Assembly: GCA_963700145.1 (NCBI GenBank)
Contig: OY969474.1
Coordinates: forward strand, 1,376,001 to 1,440,000
From: an uncultured Acidobacteriota bacterium
GTDB lineage: Bacteria; Acidobacteriota; Thermoanaerobaculia; Multivoradales; UBA5704
Direction: 5' to 3'
DNA: 64,000 bases
The first letter of the stretch is position 1. The number at the start of each line of letters is the position of its first letter. Shown here piece by piece: positions 1 through 9,951 of the stretch. Below the pieces are notes generated by a model. The model saw only the letters and a list, made by a program, of their open reading frames with translations, searched no databases and had not been told where the DNA came from. Position numbers and translations under genes: made by a program.

Positions 1-1228
1 CCATGCCGAAGGCGCGGCTGACGAAGACGTTGCCCGAGAACAGGCCGGTGCGGTAGCCGGCGGCACGGAAGCGCTCGGCGAGGGTCGGACCGTCCTCGGC
101 GGCGAGCGGCAGGTCGCCGCCGGCGAGCGCCGTGCGGCCGGTGAAGAGCGCCTTGGTCGAGGGCAGGGTGTTCGGCGCGACGCTGCGGTGCAGGCGGTAG
201 CTGCGGCCGGAGAAGGCCAGCCGGTCGAGCGTCGGCGAGAGCTCGGGCGGCCCGCCCAGGTGGCCGACGCGGTCGGCGCGCAGGGCGTCGAGGACGTAGA
301 CGACGACCAGGCGCGGCGGTGCGAGGCGGGGAGGGTCGACGGCCGCGACGGACAGACCTTCACGCCGGGGCTCGGATGGCGGCGAGGCCGCGCTCTCGAA
401 CCGCAGGTCGCGCCAGCGGCACGAAGGGCCGCCCCCTTCGGCGCGCAGGCGCACGCGCACGAAGCCGGGCTCCGGGCCGAGCGGCAGGCGAATGGCGCGC
501 GCGGGTCGGAAGAGATCGAGCCAGGAGGGTGTCCAGGCGAGGCGCGCGACCTCGCTCCCTTCGCGCTCCAGGATCAGCTCGAAGCGCTGACCGGAGCGCG
601 GCGGCCAGGGCGGGCGGAAGGCGCCGGCCAGGGTCTGGCCGCCGGCGACCGGGCGGACGAGGTCGATCAGGGAGTCGCCGCGCTGCAGGAGGTCCGTGCC
701 GTCGACGCGCATGCCGCCGGTGGCGAGCGCCGGGCGGACGGCGGCTCCGGCGACCCGCGGCGGCGCGGCGCCGTCGGGCATCTCCCAGACGAGGTCGAGC
801 GCGACGCGTCCGAGCGGCAGGTCGGCCGGCAGCGGCACCTCGAGCGGATCGGCGAGCGGGAAGCGGCCGAGGTCGCGGGCGCCGTGGCGGAGGCGCAGGA
901 AGCCGCCAGCCGGCGGTGTGGCGAGATCGACGGCCAGCCGCCGCGGCCGCGCCGCGAGCTGCACCAGCTCCAGCCGCGCGCCGGCGGCGGCGGGGACCAG
1001 CCGGAGCGCGCCGTCCGCGATCTCCGGCGACCAGCCGGTCAGGAAGCGGTTGCCGTGGCTGGACGGAGGACGCGCGAGGCGCCGCTCCTCCACCAGCAGG
1101 TCGGGAGCATGGGCCTCGTCGAGGAGGGGCCGCAGGACCGGCTCGGCCCCGCCGCCCCAGGCCGCCGCGAGGGCGACGAGCGCCAGAGCGGCCAGCGTGA
1201 TCGTTCGACCGGGAGCCCCACCGCGCAC
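1..1228 (-). CDS. Sulfatase-like (alkaline phosphatase superfamily) exported protein, 3' end outside window
   Basis: Not in the ORF track. Manual translation from GTG at 1228 gives a signal-like start (MRGGAPGRTITLAALALVALAAAW), then VVVYVLDALRADRVG, SPTLDRLA, APNTLPSTKALFTG and TLAERFRAAGYRTGLFSGN, all typical sulfatase-fold motifs. Confidence 0.8.
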   Translation of the reverse strand, partial: MRGGAPGRTITLAALALVALAAAWGGGAEPVLRPLLDEAHAPDLLVEERRLARPPSSHGNRFLTGWSPEIADGALRLVPAAAGARLELVQLAARPRRLAVDLATPPAGGFLRLRHGARDLGRFPLADPLEVPLPADLPLGRVALDLVWEMPDGAAPPRVAGAAVRPALATGGMRVDGTDLLQRGDSLIDLVRPVAGGQTLAGAFRPPWPPRSGQRFELILEREGSEVARLAWTPSWLDLFRPARAIRLPLGPEPGFVRVRLRAEGGGPSCRWRDLRFESAASPPSEPRREGLSVAAVDPPRLAPPRLVVVYVLDALRADRVGHLGGPPELSPTLDRLAFSGRSYRLHRSVAPNTLPSTKALFTGRTALAGGDLPLAAEDGPTLAERFRAAGYRTGLFSGNVFVSRAFGM

Positions 1229-1270
1229 GACTGCCCATGCTACGACATCGCGCCGAGGATTCCGGGGCGG

Positions 1271-4200
1271 CTACTTCCCCTTGAGGGCCTTCCCACGACC
1301 CCGAGAGCGGGCGGGCGCCTTCTCTTTGCCACGCTGCGCGGGCGCTTTGCCCTTGCGGCGCGCCGCAGGACTCTTGCCTCCCCCGCGCGGTTTGCGCTGC
1401 TTCCCCGAAGCGGCAGGCGCGCCGCCGTAGACGGTCAGCAGCGCCTCCAGCGCCTCGCGGCCTTCGGCGGTCATCGTCTCGACCAGCTGAGTGGTGCACT
1501 GCGGGCAGAAGCGGAGCGGTCCGGCGATACAGCGGGGGTCGTGCTCGCGGTTGAAGTAGAGCGGGCAGTCCTTGGGACCGCGATGGTGCGGCCCGCAGGG
1601 GGCGAGGGAGCAGACGACGAGGTTGGCGAGGGCGCGTTCGAGCGGCAGGTGCGGCGGCTGCAGCGCCTCCTCATATCCGGCGAGCGAGATGAGAAGAATC
1701 CGCCCGTTCTCGCCCTCGTTGTCCCAGCAAACCAGGTCCCGCCATTTCCTGTCGCCGAAGCGGAAGGTCGTGATGCAGAAGAGATAGTCGAGACCGAGCT
1801 GCGCCGGCCGGTCGCGCAGCCGCTCCCCCACCTGTTCGGCATAGAGGTATCCAGGTGCGTCGCTCGCGTCGGTGTCGCGGGTGAGACGCCACGTGCCCAG
1901 CGGGGCGGTCAGGTCGACGATCTCGAACTCATACTCCGGCTGGGCCTCCTCGAGGCGTTGCGCGATCGCCCGCAGCCCCGGAATCGCGTGGTTCACGTCC
2001 CAAAGGCCCGCGCGCTTGCGCCGCAAGCGCCCCCGCCGCCCGCGGCGGCCCACCACCGGCGCGGCGGTTGCGGCCACTACGGCCGCGGCGACGCTCGGCT
2101 TCTCCGCCGACGGCTTGCAGAGCCGCTCGCACGGGTTCTGCGCGAAGACGACCGGCACCGCCCAGTCGATCGCTTCGCCGCTGATCGAGTAGTTGACCGC
2201 GACGCGCGCCTCGCGCGCCGCGTCCCCGATCGTGGCGCCGCGCGCCAGCGCCCAGTAGAAGTGCTGGGCGAAGGCGGTGGCCGACGGGTCGAGCACCTTG
2301 TACTGGTTGCCGACCACGGCCGGGACGCCGCCGGCCACCAAACCGGGCGCGACGCCGCTGTTGAAGTCGTTCTGCCCGCCGGAGCCGGTCTCGCAGGCAT
2401 TGAGAAAGATCAGCCGCAGCCCGCGCCGGCAAAGGATCTGCCGCAGGTTTCCGGTGTCCACTCTCGACTTGCCGCCGCGGTCGTCCTCGAACAGCAGGAA
2501 CCCCTCGTCGTTCTCGCGGTCGTACTCGCCGTGGCCGATGAAGTGGAGGATGTCGAAGGGAACGCCCGCGAGCTGCGCGTGCAGCAGGCGCTTGTGGAGG
2601 GTCTCGGGGGTCGTCTCTCGCGCCACCTCGTAGGTGATCAGGCCGGCCTCGCTCAGCCCACGGAAGCCGCGGCCCACGAGCTCGATCTCCTCTTCCACCG
2701 ACAGCGCGCCGCTGCCGATCGGCTGCGCCGCCACCGCCAGGATGCGCAGCGGCGCCGGGCGCGGCGCGATGTAGTCCGCAGGGATTGCCGTCTGCACGTT
2801 GCGGACGAAGTTGATCTCCTCCGTCGCCAAGAACGTCTTGCGCTGCGGATCGAAGGCGAACTCCCAGGGGAGGGCCGCGATCCAGGGGATCATCGAAGTG
2901 AGGACGATGTCGAGGCGGCCCCCCTCGCGACTCGAGCGGACCTCGTCGTAGAGGCGCTGCACCTGTTCCGGGAAGAGCGTGGCGAAGAGCAACTCGCCGA
3001 CGCCGCGCAGCTCCTGGTCGCCGGGGAGCTCCGGGGCGCCGTGGACCCCGTCGACGTAAGCACGGACCCCGCGGTCGAAGTTAATGATGTCCTGGAAACG
3101 CTGTCCGGCCTCTTCGACCGCGGTGGGCACGACCTCAGCTCGGCGTCGCTTCCCTTTCCCGGTGTGGAAGGGGGCCATGACGCGGGCGTTGCGGTACGTT
3201 GCCAGGAGCTGCGCCGCCTTCACCCCGGGGTCGTCGGGGCGCGCCAGGATGAAGAGCTGAAGGGCGTCGCGGGGCCAGGCGGAGCCGTCATCGGCGGCGG
3301 CTTCGCGGCGCCGCGCTACCGGTGCCGGCGCCGCAGCCGGTGCCGGTGCCGGTGCCGGTGCCGCGGGTCGGTCCGGTGGCGGGGGCTCGGCCGCAGGAGC
3401 GAGCGCCCGCCGGAACCGGCCGCGGAACGGGAGCTCCCGCGCAGGGTCGAGCGGCGGCAGGCCCGAGGCGCGGCCTTCGAGCGCCCGAATCACGAAGTCC
3501 ACCGACGCCGGTTGCGCGAGGAGGTTGAGGTGATGGATCCGGTCGCCCGCCAAATTGCCGCCGGGTCCGTAGCAACCGATCCGCTCCCCCTGGAGCAGAT
3601 CGCCATTCCCACCGCCGACGCTCCAGCCGCCGGCGCTCGGGACGACGAGGTCGTTGGCGCCGGCGAAGAAGCCGTCGACGCCGGCGTCCAGCAGGCGGGG
3701 TCCCAGGTCGCCGGGCTCGAAGTTGGCGGCGAGCGCCGCCAGCGTTCCCGGCGGCGGTCCCGGCGGCCCTTGAATTCCTGAGATCGCGGCGCCCGCCGGG
3801 TCCATCGCGGCGAGACCCGGCAGCCCGCCCACCACCCGCTGGGCGATCCAGTTGAGCCCTTCCGCCACGAACTCCGCGCCGAGCGTGAACGGGTTGTCTG
3901 GGAAGAGGTCGATCAGGTTCGCCACCCAGCCCACCGTGTCGTCCCAGCGCTCGGCGGAGGCCAGCGGCGTCCCCTGGTTCGGCACCGCGCCCAGCACGGC
4001 GCGGCCGAGCTCGAAGCGGCGCGCCCCCAGCCCCAGCTCCCCGCGGCGCTCCAGCAGGGTGCGCAGCACGAGCCCGCCGCGCGAGTGGGTGACCACGTCG
4101 AAACGCGTCGGCCGGTCGGGAAGCCCGTCGAGGAGGAGGCGCGCGTTCTCCTCCAGATCGGCGCTCACCGTGAAGTGGTTGAAGCCGAAGATGCGGTCGC

Positions 4201-4909
4201 CGTACGTGCTCTTCGCCCAGTCGAGGAAGGTGCGGCCGTCCGCGGCGCGTGCCGCGGCCAGCTTGCCGAAGGCCCCCTCGGTGGTGGAGAAGGTGCCGTG
4301 GAGGAGCAGCAGGTTGCGCTCGCCGAAAGCCTTCCCGCCCTTGACGGGTGCGAGCTGACCGCTGCCGTCCAGCGCGGCGCGCAGGCTCTCGGCGGTGATC
4401 GCCACCCAGCCCAGGCGGCCGCGGAGCCGGCGCTCCTCCCAGCGGCGGGCGAGGCGCTGGAGCGCCCACCCCGCGACCTTCTCAAGTGCCTTGAAGACGA
4501 CGAGGCGCACCACCCGGCTCACGATCCCGCGCCGCGCGACCGGCCCGGCGCCGCGCACCGGCACGTGGAAGCGCGTCACGCCTCCGCGCGCGGCACCGCG
4601 CCGGCCGCTGACCGTCTGCGGCGGGTGGAGAGTGATCGCGCCGGAGGCGTGGCGCGCGAGGAGGACGAGCGCCTCCCCCGGCGCGGTCGGGACCTCGATG
4701 GTGACGGCGGCCTCCGCCGCCCGCCGGCCCGAGGAGGTCGCGGTCCGCTCGGCGGCGACCTCGACCTGGCCGGTCGCGACGAGCTGCGCGACGAGAGGGT
4801 CTTCGCCCGCAACGGAACCGCCCCCCGCCGCGCTCCGCCGGCGGCCCTGATCGGAGGGGGACAAGGTCCAGCCCGGATCGACTGAGCGAATGGATCGGCG
4901 TTCCGGCAT
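1271..4909 (-). CDS. CHAT (caspase-like) domain protein with N-terminal alpha/beta-hydrolase domain and C-terminal Cys-rich metzincin-like domain
   Basis: LLLHGTFS and VTHSRGG (lipase-type nucleophile elbow), Pro/Ala linker, LPWEF, HFIGHG and LNACETG (CHAT His/Cys dyad), DWAVPV, then CPLYF and FCPQC. Confidence 0.85.
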   Translation of the reverse strand: MPERRSIRSVDPGWTLSPSDQGRRRSAAGGGSVAGEDPLVAQLVATGQVEVAAERTATSSGRRAAEAAVTIEVPTAPGEALVLLARHASGAITLHPPQTVSGRRGAARGGVTRFHVPVRGAGPVARRGIVSRVVRLVVFKALEKVAGWALQRLARRWEERRLRGRLGWVAITAESLRAALDGSGQLAPVKGGKAFGERNLLLLHGTFSTTEGAFGKLAAARAADGRTFLDWAKSTYGDRIFGFNHFTVSADLEENARLLLDGLPDRPTRFDVVTHSRGGLVLRTLLERRGELGLGARRFELGRAVLGAVPNQGTPLASAERWDDTVGWVANLIDLFPDNPFTLGAEFVAEGLNWIAQRVVGGLPGLAAMDPAGAAISGIQGPPGPPPGTLAALAANFEPGDLGPRLLDAGVDGFFAGANDLVVPSAGGWSVGGGNGDLLQGERIGCYGPGGNLAGDRIHHLNLLAQPASVDFVIRALEGRASGLPPLDPARELPFRGRFRRALAPAAEPPPPDRPAAPAPAPAPAAAPAPVARRREAAADDGSAWPRDALQLFILARPDDPGVKAAQLLATYRNARVMAPFHTGKGKRRRAEVVPTAVEEAGQRFQDIINFDRGVRAYVDGVHGAPELPGDQELRGVGELLFATLFPEQVQRLYDEVRSSREGGRLDIVLTSMIPWIAALPWEFAFDPQRKTFLATEEINFVRNVQTAIPADYIAPRPAPLRILAVAAQPIGSGALSVEEEIELVGRGFRGLSEAGLITYEVARETTPETLHKRLLHAQLAGVPFDILHFIGHGEYDRENDEGFLLFEDDRGGKSRVDTGNLRQILCRRGLRLIFLNACETGSGGQNDFNSGVAPGLVAGGVPAVVGNQYKVLDPSATAFAQHFYWALARGATIGDAAREARVAVNYSISGEAIDWAVPVVFAQNPCERLCKPSAEKPSVAAAVVAATAAPVVGRRGRRGRLRRKRAGLWDVNHAIPGLRAIAQRLEEAQPEYEFEIVDLTAPLGTWRLTRDTDASDAPGYLYAEQVGERLRDRPAQLGLDYLFCITTFRFGDRKWRDLVCWDNEGENGRILLISLAGYEEALQPPHLPLERALANLVVCSLAPCGPHHRGPKDCPLYFNREHDPRCIAGPLRFCPQCTTQLVETMTAEGREALEALLTVYGGAPAASGKQRKPRGGGKSPAARRKGKAPAQRGKEKAPARSRGRGKALKGK

Positions 4910-4953
4910 TTACGTGCCTCCCTGAGGATAGACGAACGCCGGCGAAGAACTCC

Positions 4954-5799
4954 TCACGCCATGACGGCGAGCAACGCGAAGAAGGGGTCGGCGAGTCGCG
5001 GATCGCCGGCGATCTCCGCCCGACCGCGCGCCTCCATTCCCGGCATCCCCTTGGTGAGGAGCAGCCAGGCCGGCTCTTCGTCGAGGGCGACGGCAGCGGC
5101 GGGCTCGGGCTCGGCGCCTTTCAGGAGCTGCCAGGCGCCGGCTTCGCGGCGCAGGGTGTAGTCGTAGGTGCGGGCGCCGTGGATCGCGACGGCGACGGCC
5201 GTGCCGTCCGGCGCGGCGACGTCGCGGTAGCGGTGCGGGAGGCCGCGGAGGAAGGTGTCGAAGATCGCCTCGGAGGTCTCCGGGTCGGCGAGCGGCGGGG
5301 CGCCGACGGCGAGGCGGATCTGCTGCTGGTGGTGCCAGCGCTCGGTCAGCTCGCGGGCGACGTCGAACCAGCTCGGCGAGCGCGTCGCGCCGGCCCAGGC
5401 GACGGGCACGCCGTCGGCCCAGGGGTCCAGGCCCGCCAGGTGCGCGGCAAGCTGCGGCTCGACCCACTCGAGGAGATCGGTGAGGAGGCGCGGGCTCAGG
5501 CGCCGCGCCGCCGCCACCCACTCGGCGTTGAGGCCGTCGAGGAGGCGCAGCAGCTCGCCGTAAACGTCGATCCGCCCGAACGGCGGGGTGTGGCCGTCGC
5601 GGCCGAGCGACAGGCGGCGGCAGGCGGTGTCGAGGAGGTGCGCCGCGACGTCGCCGACCGACCAGGCCGGGCAGACGGTGGGCCGGCGCCACGCGGCGGC
5701 GTCGAGCGAGCGCAGGAGGGTGACAAGCTCGCGGCCGAGCGGCGGGAAGAGGTGGGCGACGAGCGTCGGCGCCAGCGGCGCCGGGCGGCCGGGGGTCAT
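4954..5799 (-). CDS. Maleylpyruvate isomerase N-terminal domain (MDMPI/DinB-like) protein
   Basis: WRRPTVCPAWSVGDVAAHL and TERWHHQQQIR motifs. Confidence 0.8.
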   Translation of the reverse strand: MTPGRPAPLAPTLVAHLFPPLGRELVTLLRSLDAAAWRRPTVCPAWSVGDVAAHLLDTACRRLSLGRDGHTPPFGRIDVYGELLRLLDGLNAEWVAAARRLSPRLLTDLLEWVEPQLAAHLAGLDPWADGVPVAWAGATRSPSWFDVARELTERWHHQQQIRLAVGAPPLADPETSEAIFDTFLRGLPHRYRDVAAPDGTAVAVAIHGARTYDYTLRREAGAWQLLKGAEPEPAAAVALDEEPAWLLLTKGMPGMEARGRAEIAGDPRLADPFFALLAVMA

Positions 5800-5805
5800 C
5801 GGTGC

Positions 5806-6468
5806 CTAGACGGGGACGGCCGGCACGACAGCGACGAGGATGGCGAGGAAGTGCAGGACGCTGCCGGCGAGGACGAAGCCGTGCCAGATGGCGTGGTGAT
5901 ACGGCAGCTTGCGCCAGAGGTAGAAAGCGACGCCGGCGGTGTAGGCGATGCCGCCAGCGAGCAGCAGGGCGAAGCCGCGCGGCGGCACGGCGGCGAGCAG
6001 CGGCTCGATGACCGCCACCACCGCCCAGCCCATCGCCAGGTAGAGGGCGACGAAGACCGCCGGCGGCACGCGCGGGCAGGCGGTACGCAAGACGATGCCG
6101 GTCACGGCCGCCGTCCAGATCGCGGCGAGCAGCCACCACCCCACGGGGCCGTGCAGGCTGACCAGCGCGAACGGCGTGTAGGTGCCGGCGATCAGCAGGT
6201 AGATCGCCGAGTGGTCGATCACCCGTAGGACCCTCTTCGCGCGCTCGAACGGGATGCTGTGGTAGAGCGTGGACGCCGTGTAGAGCAGGACCAGGGTGGC
6301 GCCGAAGACGGCGCAGCCGACGACGTGGCGCACGGTGCCGTGGCGGCTCGCGTAGTCGGCGAGGAGCGCCAGGCCGGCGACGGCCAGCACCGCGCCGGCA
6401 CCGTGGACGACGCTGTTGGCGATCTCCTCGCGCACGTTGTAGCGCGGCTCGCAGGCCCCGGCTGCCAT
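5806..6468 (-). CDS. Hemolysin III / PAQR family membrane protein (TrhA-like)
   Basis: EEIANSVVHG, STLYHS, DHSAIYLLIAGTYTP and HAIWHGFVLAG motifs; ATG at 6468. Confidence 0.92.
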   Translation of the reverse strand: MAAGACEPRYNVREEIANSVVHGAGAVLAVAGLALLADYASRHGTVRHVVGCAVFGATLVLLYTASTLYHSIPFERAKRVLRVIDHSAIYLLIAGTYTPFALVSLHGPVGWWLLAAIWTAAVTGIVLRTACPRVPPAVFVALYLAMGWAVVAVIEPLLAAVPPRGFALLLAGGIAYTAGVAFYLWRKLPYHHAIWHGFVLAGSVLHFLAILVAVVPAVPV

Positions 6469-6512
6469 CGCCGCGGATGCTACCCGAAGCCCGCGGCGGA
6501 CGCGGGCTCCGG

Positions 6513-8957
6513 CTAGCCGGCGCGCAGCGTCGCGGCCGGGTCCATGCGGGCGGCGCGGCGGGCCGGGAGCCAGGTCGCGGCGAGCGCCACGGCGGCGAGG
6601 ACGAGCGGCACCGCCGCGAAGGTCGCCGGGTCGTCGGCGGTGACGCCGTAGATCTGGCCGGCCAGGAAGCGCGTCAGCAGGCGCGCCAGCGCCAGCCCGA
6701 TGCCGATGCCGGCGGCGGCCATCGCCATCCCTTCGCTCAGCACCAGGCGCAGCACGCGCGGGCGCGTCGCCCCGAGCACCACGCGGATGCCGATCTCGTG
6801 GCCGCGCGCCGCGACGCCGTAGGCGATGACGCCGTAGAGCCCGACCGCGGCGAGCGCCAGCGCCAGCCCGGCGAAGAGGGCGAGGAGGAGCGCCATGAAG
6901 CGCGGCTGCGAGAGCGCGGTGCCGACGACCTCGTCCATCGTGCACAGCCGCGCCACGGGGAGGCGCGGGTCGAGCCGGCGCACCGTCGCGCGCACCGCGG
7001 CCGCCAGCGCCAGCGGCTCCTCGCGGCCCTTGACCACCAGCGTCATGCCGCGGCGCAAGGAGCCGGTGGCGAGCTGGAACTGCTCGAGCGGCAGCACCAT
7101 CTCGGTGCGCGGCTCCTCGACGACGCCGTTGTGGTGGACGTCGGCGAAGACCCCGACGATGGTGAACCAGGGCCGGTCGGGCGCGGTGCCGAGCCGGAAG
7201 CGCTTGCCGAGGGCGTCCTGGCCCGGCCAGTAGCGCGCCGCCATGCTGCGGTTGACGACGACGGCGAAGGGCACGTCCGCGCGGTCGGTGTCGCGCAGGA
7301 GACGGCCGCGCAGGAGCCGCATGCCCATGGTCTCGAGGTAGCCGGGCGTCGCCACCTGCCAGTCGCCGTTGGGGTTCTCGCGCGGGTCGTGCGGCTTGCC
7401 TTCGAGGGTGATGCTCCAGTCGCCGATGATGCCGGTCAGCGGCAGCATGCGCACGGCGCCCGCCGACTCGACGCCGGGCAGCGCCTCGACCTCGGCGACC
7501 AGCCGCTGGTAGAAGCCGGCGATCTCGGCGGCGCCGGCATAGTCGCTCGCCGGCAGGGTGAGCTGGGCGGTGAGGACGCGGTCCGGGTCGAGCCCGAGGT
7601 CCACCTGCCGCAGCTGCCAGAGGCTGCGGAGCATGAGGCCGGAGCCGATCAGCAGGGCCACCGAGAGCGCCGTCTCGGCGACCACCAGGGCGCGGCGGAA
7701 GCGCTGGCGCGGCGGCCCGGCGGTGGCGCCGCGCGCGCCCTGGAGCACACCGCTCACCTCCGCCCGCGAGCCCTGCAGCGCCGGGGCGAGGCCGAAGAGG
7801 AGGCCGGTGGCGACGACGGCGCCGGCGGCGAAGAGGAAGGCTGTCCCGTCGAGCCCGACGGTCTCGACCCGCGGCACGGCGGCGGGCGCCAGCGCCACGA
7901 GGAGGCGGGTCGCGGCATAGGCCAGGGCGAGCCCCAGCGCGCCGCCGGCCGCGGCGAGGAGGAGGCTCTCGGTCAGGAGCTGGGCGAGGAGGCGGCCGCG
8001 GCCGGCGCCCAGGGCGACGAGCACCGCCACCTCGCGCCGCCGCCCCTCCGCGGCGGTAAGGAGAAGGTTGGTGACGTTGACGCAGGCGATGAGCAGAATG
8101 CAGGCGACCGTGCCCACGAGGACACGCAGCGCCGGCCGGATGCGGCGGGTCATCAGCTCGGCGACCGGGACGGCCGAGCGCTCGAGGCGGCGGTCCCCCT
8201 GGTCGTGGACGTGCCCCGCCTCGACCCACCGCCGGGCGATCGCCGCCAGCTCGCGGCTCGCCGCCGCCGGCGCGACGCCCGGCCGCAGGCGCCCGAAGCC
8301 GTAGAGCCAGCGGTCGCCCCAGTCCTCGAAAACGTCGGGGCCGAGGGCGAGCGGCACCCAGAGCTGCGGCGGCTGCTCCTCGCGGTAGGCGAGCGGCAGG
8401 TGGAAGTCGGCCGGCAGGACGCCGACGACGGTGTGCGGCTTGCCGTCGAGCTGGACGCTGCCGCCGACGATCCCGGGGTCGCCGCCATAGCGCCGCCGCC
8501 AGAGCGCTTCGCCGAGGAGGACGACCTGCTCGCGGCCCGGCACCTCCTCGTCGGCGGTGAAGGTGCGGCCGAGGAGCGGCGCGGCGCCGAGGATGGTGAA
8601 GCCATCGGCGGTGACCGAGGCGGCGGCGATCCGCTCGGGCTCGCCCGCGCCGGTCAGGTTGGCGGCGAAGTCGGTGAAGGCCGCCAGCTCGGTGAAGGAC
8701 CGCGACGACTGGCGGTACTCGACGATCTCGCGCCAGGAGATCCAGGTCTCGTCGTCCGGGTAGAGCATGTTCCAGAGGATGACGACGCGCTCGGGCTCGG
8801 GGTACGGCAGCGGCTGCAGCAGGACGGCGCGGACGACGCTGAAGAGCGCCGTCGTGGCGCCGATGCCGAGCGCGATCGTGAGGAGCGCTGTGGCGGTGAA
8901 GCCGGGCCGCAGCGCGGCGCGGCGGAGGGCGAGACGGAAGTCCTGGACGAAGGGCAT
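6513..8957 (-). CDS. Duplicated MacB/FtsX ABC-type permease (acidobacterial ADOP-like)
   Basis: QDFRLALRR..PGFTATALLTIALGIGATTALFS, LLIACVNVTNLLL, EIGIRVVLGA and PARRAARMDP; two MacB/FtsX halves; no adjacent ATPase. Confidence 0.9.
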   Translation of the reverse strand: MPFVQDFRLALRRAALRPGFTATALLTIALGIGATTALFSVVRAVLLQPLPYPEPERVVILWNMLYPDDETWISWREIVEYRQSSRSFTELAAFTDFAANLTGAGEPERIAAASVTADGFTILGAAPLLGRTFTADEEVPGREQVVLLGEALWRRRYGGDPGIVGGSVQLDGKPHTVVGVLPADFHLPLAYREEQPPQLWVPLALGPDVFEDWGDRWLYGFGRLRPGVAPAAASRELAAIARRWVEAGHVHDQGDRRLERSAVPVAELMTRRIRPALRVLVGTVACILLIACVNVTNLLLTAAEGRRREVAVLVALGAGRGRLLAQLLTESLLLAAAGGALGLALAYAATRLLVALAPAAVPRVETVGLDGTAFLFAAGAVVATGLLFGLAPALQGSRAEVSGVLQGARGATAGPPRQRFRRALVVAETALSVALLIGSGLMLRSLWQLRQVDLGLDPDRVLTAQLTLPASDYAGAAEIAGFYQRLVAEVEALPGVESAGAVRMLPLTGIIGDWSITLEGKPHDPRENPNGDWQVATPGYLETMGMRLLRGRLLRDTDRADVPFAVVVNRSMAARYWPGQDALGKRFRLGTAPDRPWFTIVGVFADVHHNGVVEEPRTEMVLPLEQFQLATGSLRRGMTLVVKGREEPLALAAAVRATVRRLDPRLPVARLCTMDEVVGTALSQPRFMALLLALFAGLALALAAVGLYGVIAYGVAARGHEIGIRVVLGATRPRVLRLVLSEGMAMAAAGIGIGLALARLLTRFLAGQIYGVTADDPATFAAVPLVLAAVALAATWLPARRAARMDPAATLRAG

Positions 8958-9036
8958 GGCGGCGCCTCCCGGGTCGAAGTGTCCTGCCGGTGGATACCGG
9001 GGGAGGAGCGAGGGGTTACAGTGGTAGGTTAGCTCC

Positions 9037-9474
9037 GTGACCTCGACGCCGGTCCAGACAGCCCGCGATCTCGCCGAGCGGGCAGCTCGCGCTCTCGCCG
9101 CCGACCCGCAGGTGCGCTTGGTCTTCCTCTTCGGCTCGGCCGCCGATCCGGACGTTGCGGAGGTCGGAGACGTCGACCTGGCGGTCTGGACCGAGCCGCC
9201 CCTCAGCGCGCGGGAGCTGCTCGATCTGCGGACTGCGCTCGTGCAGGCCGTAGGCGGCCCGCTCGATGTCGTCTCCCTCAACCGCGCGCCGATCGTCCTC
9301 GCGTGGGAGGTGGCCGAGCACGGAATCTGTCTCCATGCCGCACCGCCGGAGACAGAGACCGAGTTCGTGACCCGTGCGCGGGCTCGCTACTGGGACTTCA
9401 AGCCTTTCCTCGAGGTCCAGTGGCGGTATGCAGGCGAGCGCCAGGCGGCGCGCCGGCATGGTCCTCAAGCCTGA
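9037..9474 (+). CDS. mntA: MntA-type minimal nucleotidyltransferase antitoxin
   Basis: LFGS-x10-DVD motif (GSAADPDVAEVGDVD); overlaps the downstream HEPN gene. Confidence 0.85.
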   Translation: MTSTPVQTARDLAERAARALAADPQVRLVFLFGSAADPDVAEVGDVDLAVWTEPPLSARELLDLRTALVQAVGGPLDVVSLNRAPIVLAWEVAEHGICLHAAPPETETEFVTRARARYWDFKPFLEVQWRYAGERQAARRHGPQA

Positions 9475-9889
9475 GTCGATCCGCTCGCGCCTCCTGAACC
9501 TCGAGGAGGTGTCCTCGCGCCTGGAGCAGGTGGGGCCGCTCAGCGCCGACCGCCTCGCCGCGAGCTTCCGCGACGCCTGGGTCGCGGAGCGCGGGCTGCA
9601 GCTCGGAGCCGAGATCATCCTCGACGTCGGCAATCACATCCTGAGCGCGTACTTCGGCGTCAGCGCCGAGGACCACGAGGCAGTGGTCACGCTGCTGGGC
9701 CGGCACGGAGTGATCGAGGAAGACTTGCGCGCGCGTCTCGCCGGCCTGGGTGGGTTCCGCAACATCCTTGTGCACGACTACCTGCGCATCGACCCCGAGC
9801 TGGTCGCCGAGAGCCTCGCGCGAGCGCCGCGCGACTTCTCGGACTTCGCCATCGCGATCCGACGCTGGCTGGAAGGCGCGGGGCGCTAG
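9458..9889 (+). CDS. hepT: HepT-type HEPN (DUF86) RNase toxin
   Basis: RNILVHDY matches Rx4HxY; ATG at 9458 overlaps mntA. Confidence 0.87.
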   Translation: MVLKPESIRSRLLNLEEVSSRLEQVGPLSADRLAASFRDAWVAERGLQLGAEIILDVGNHILSAYFGVSAEDHEAVVTLLGRHGVIEEDLRARLAGLGGFRNILVHDYLRIDPELVAESLARAPRDFSDFAIAIRRWLEGAGR

Positions 9890-9951
9890 CGTCAGGCAGT
9901 GCTACCATCCGCCGGGTTTTTCGGCCTGACCTCCTGGAGGTACTCCAGCGC

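Noticed and set aside
3320-3365. (GCCGGT)n short tandem repeat
   Set aside because: Encodes the in-frame Pro-Ala linker of the CHAT protein.
188-3781. Very long plus-strand ORF (1197 aa) and similar long ORFs (6477..9032, 19436..22279, 54040..57414, and the 5' parts of 24653..27961 and 38332..42135)
   Set aside because: These are antisense or off-frame shadows of real genes in very high-GC DNA: Arg/Gly/Ala-rich with no motifs.
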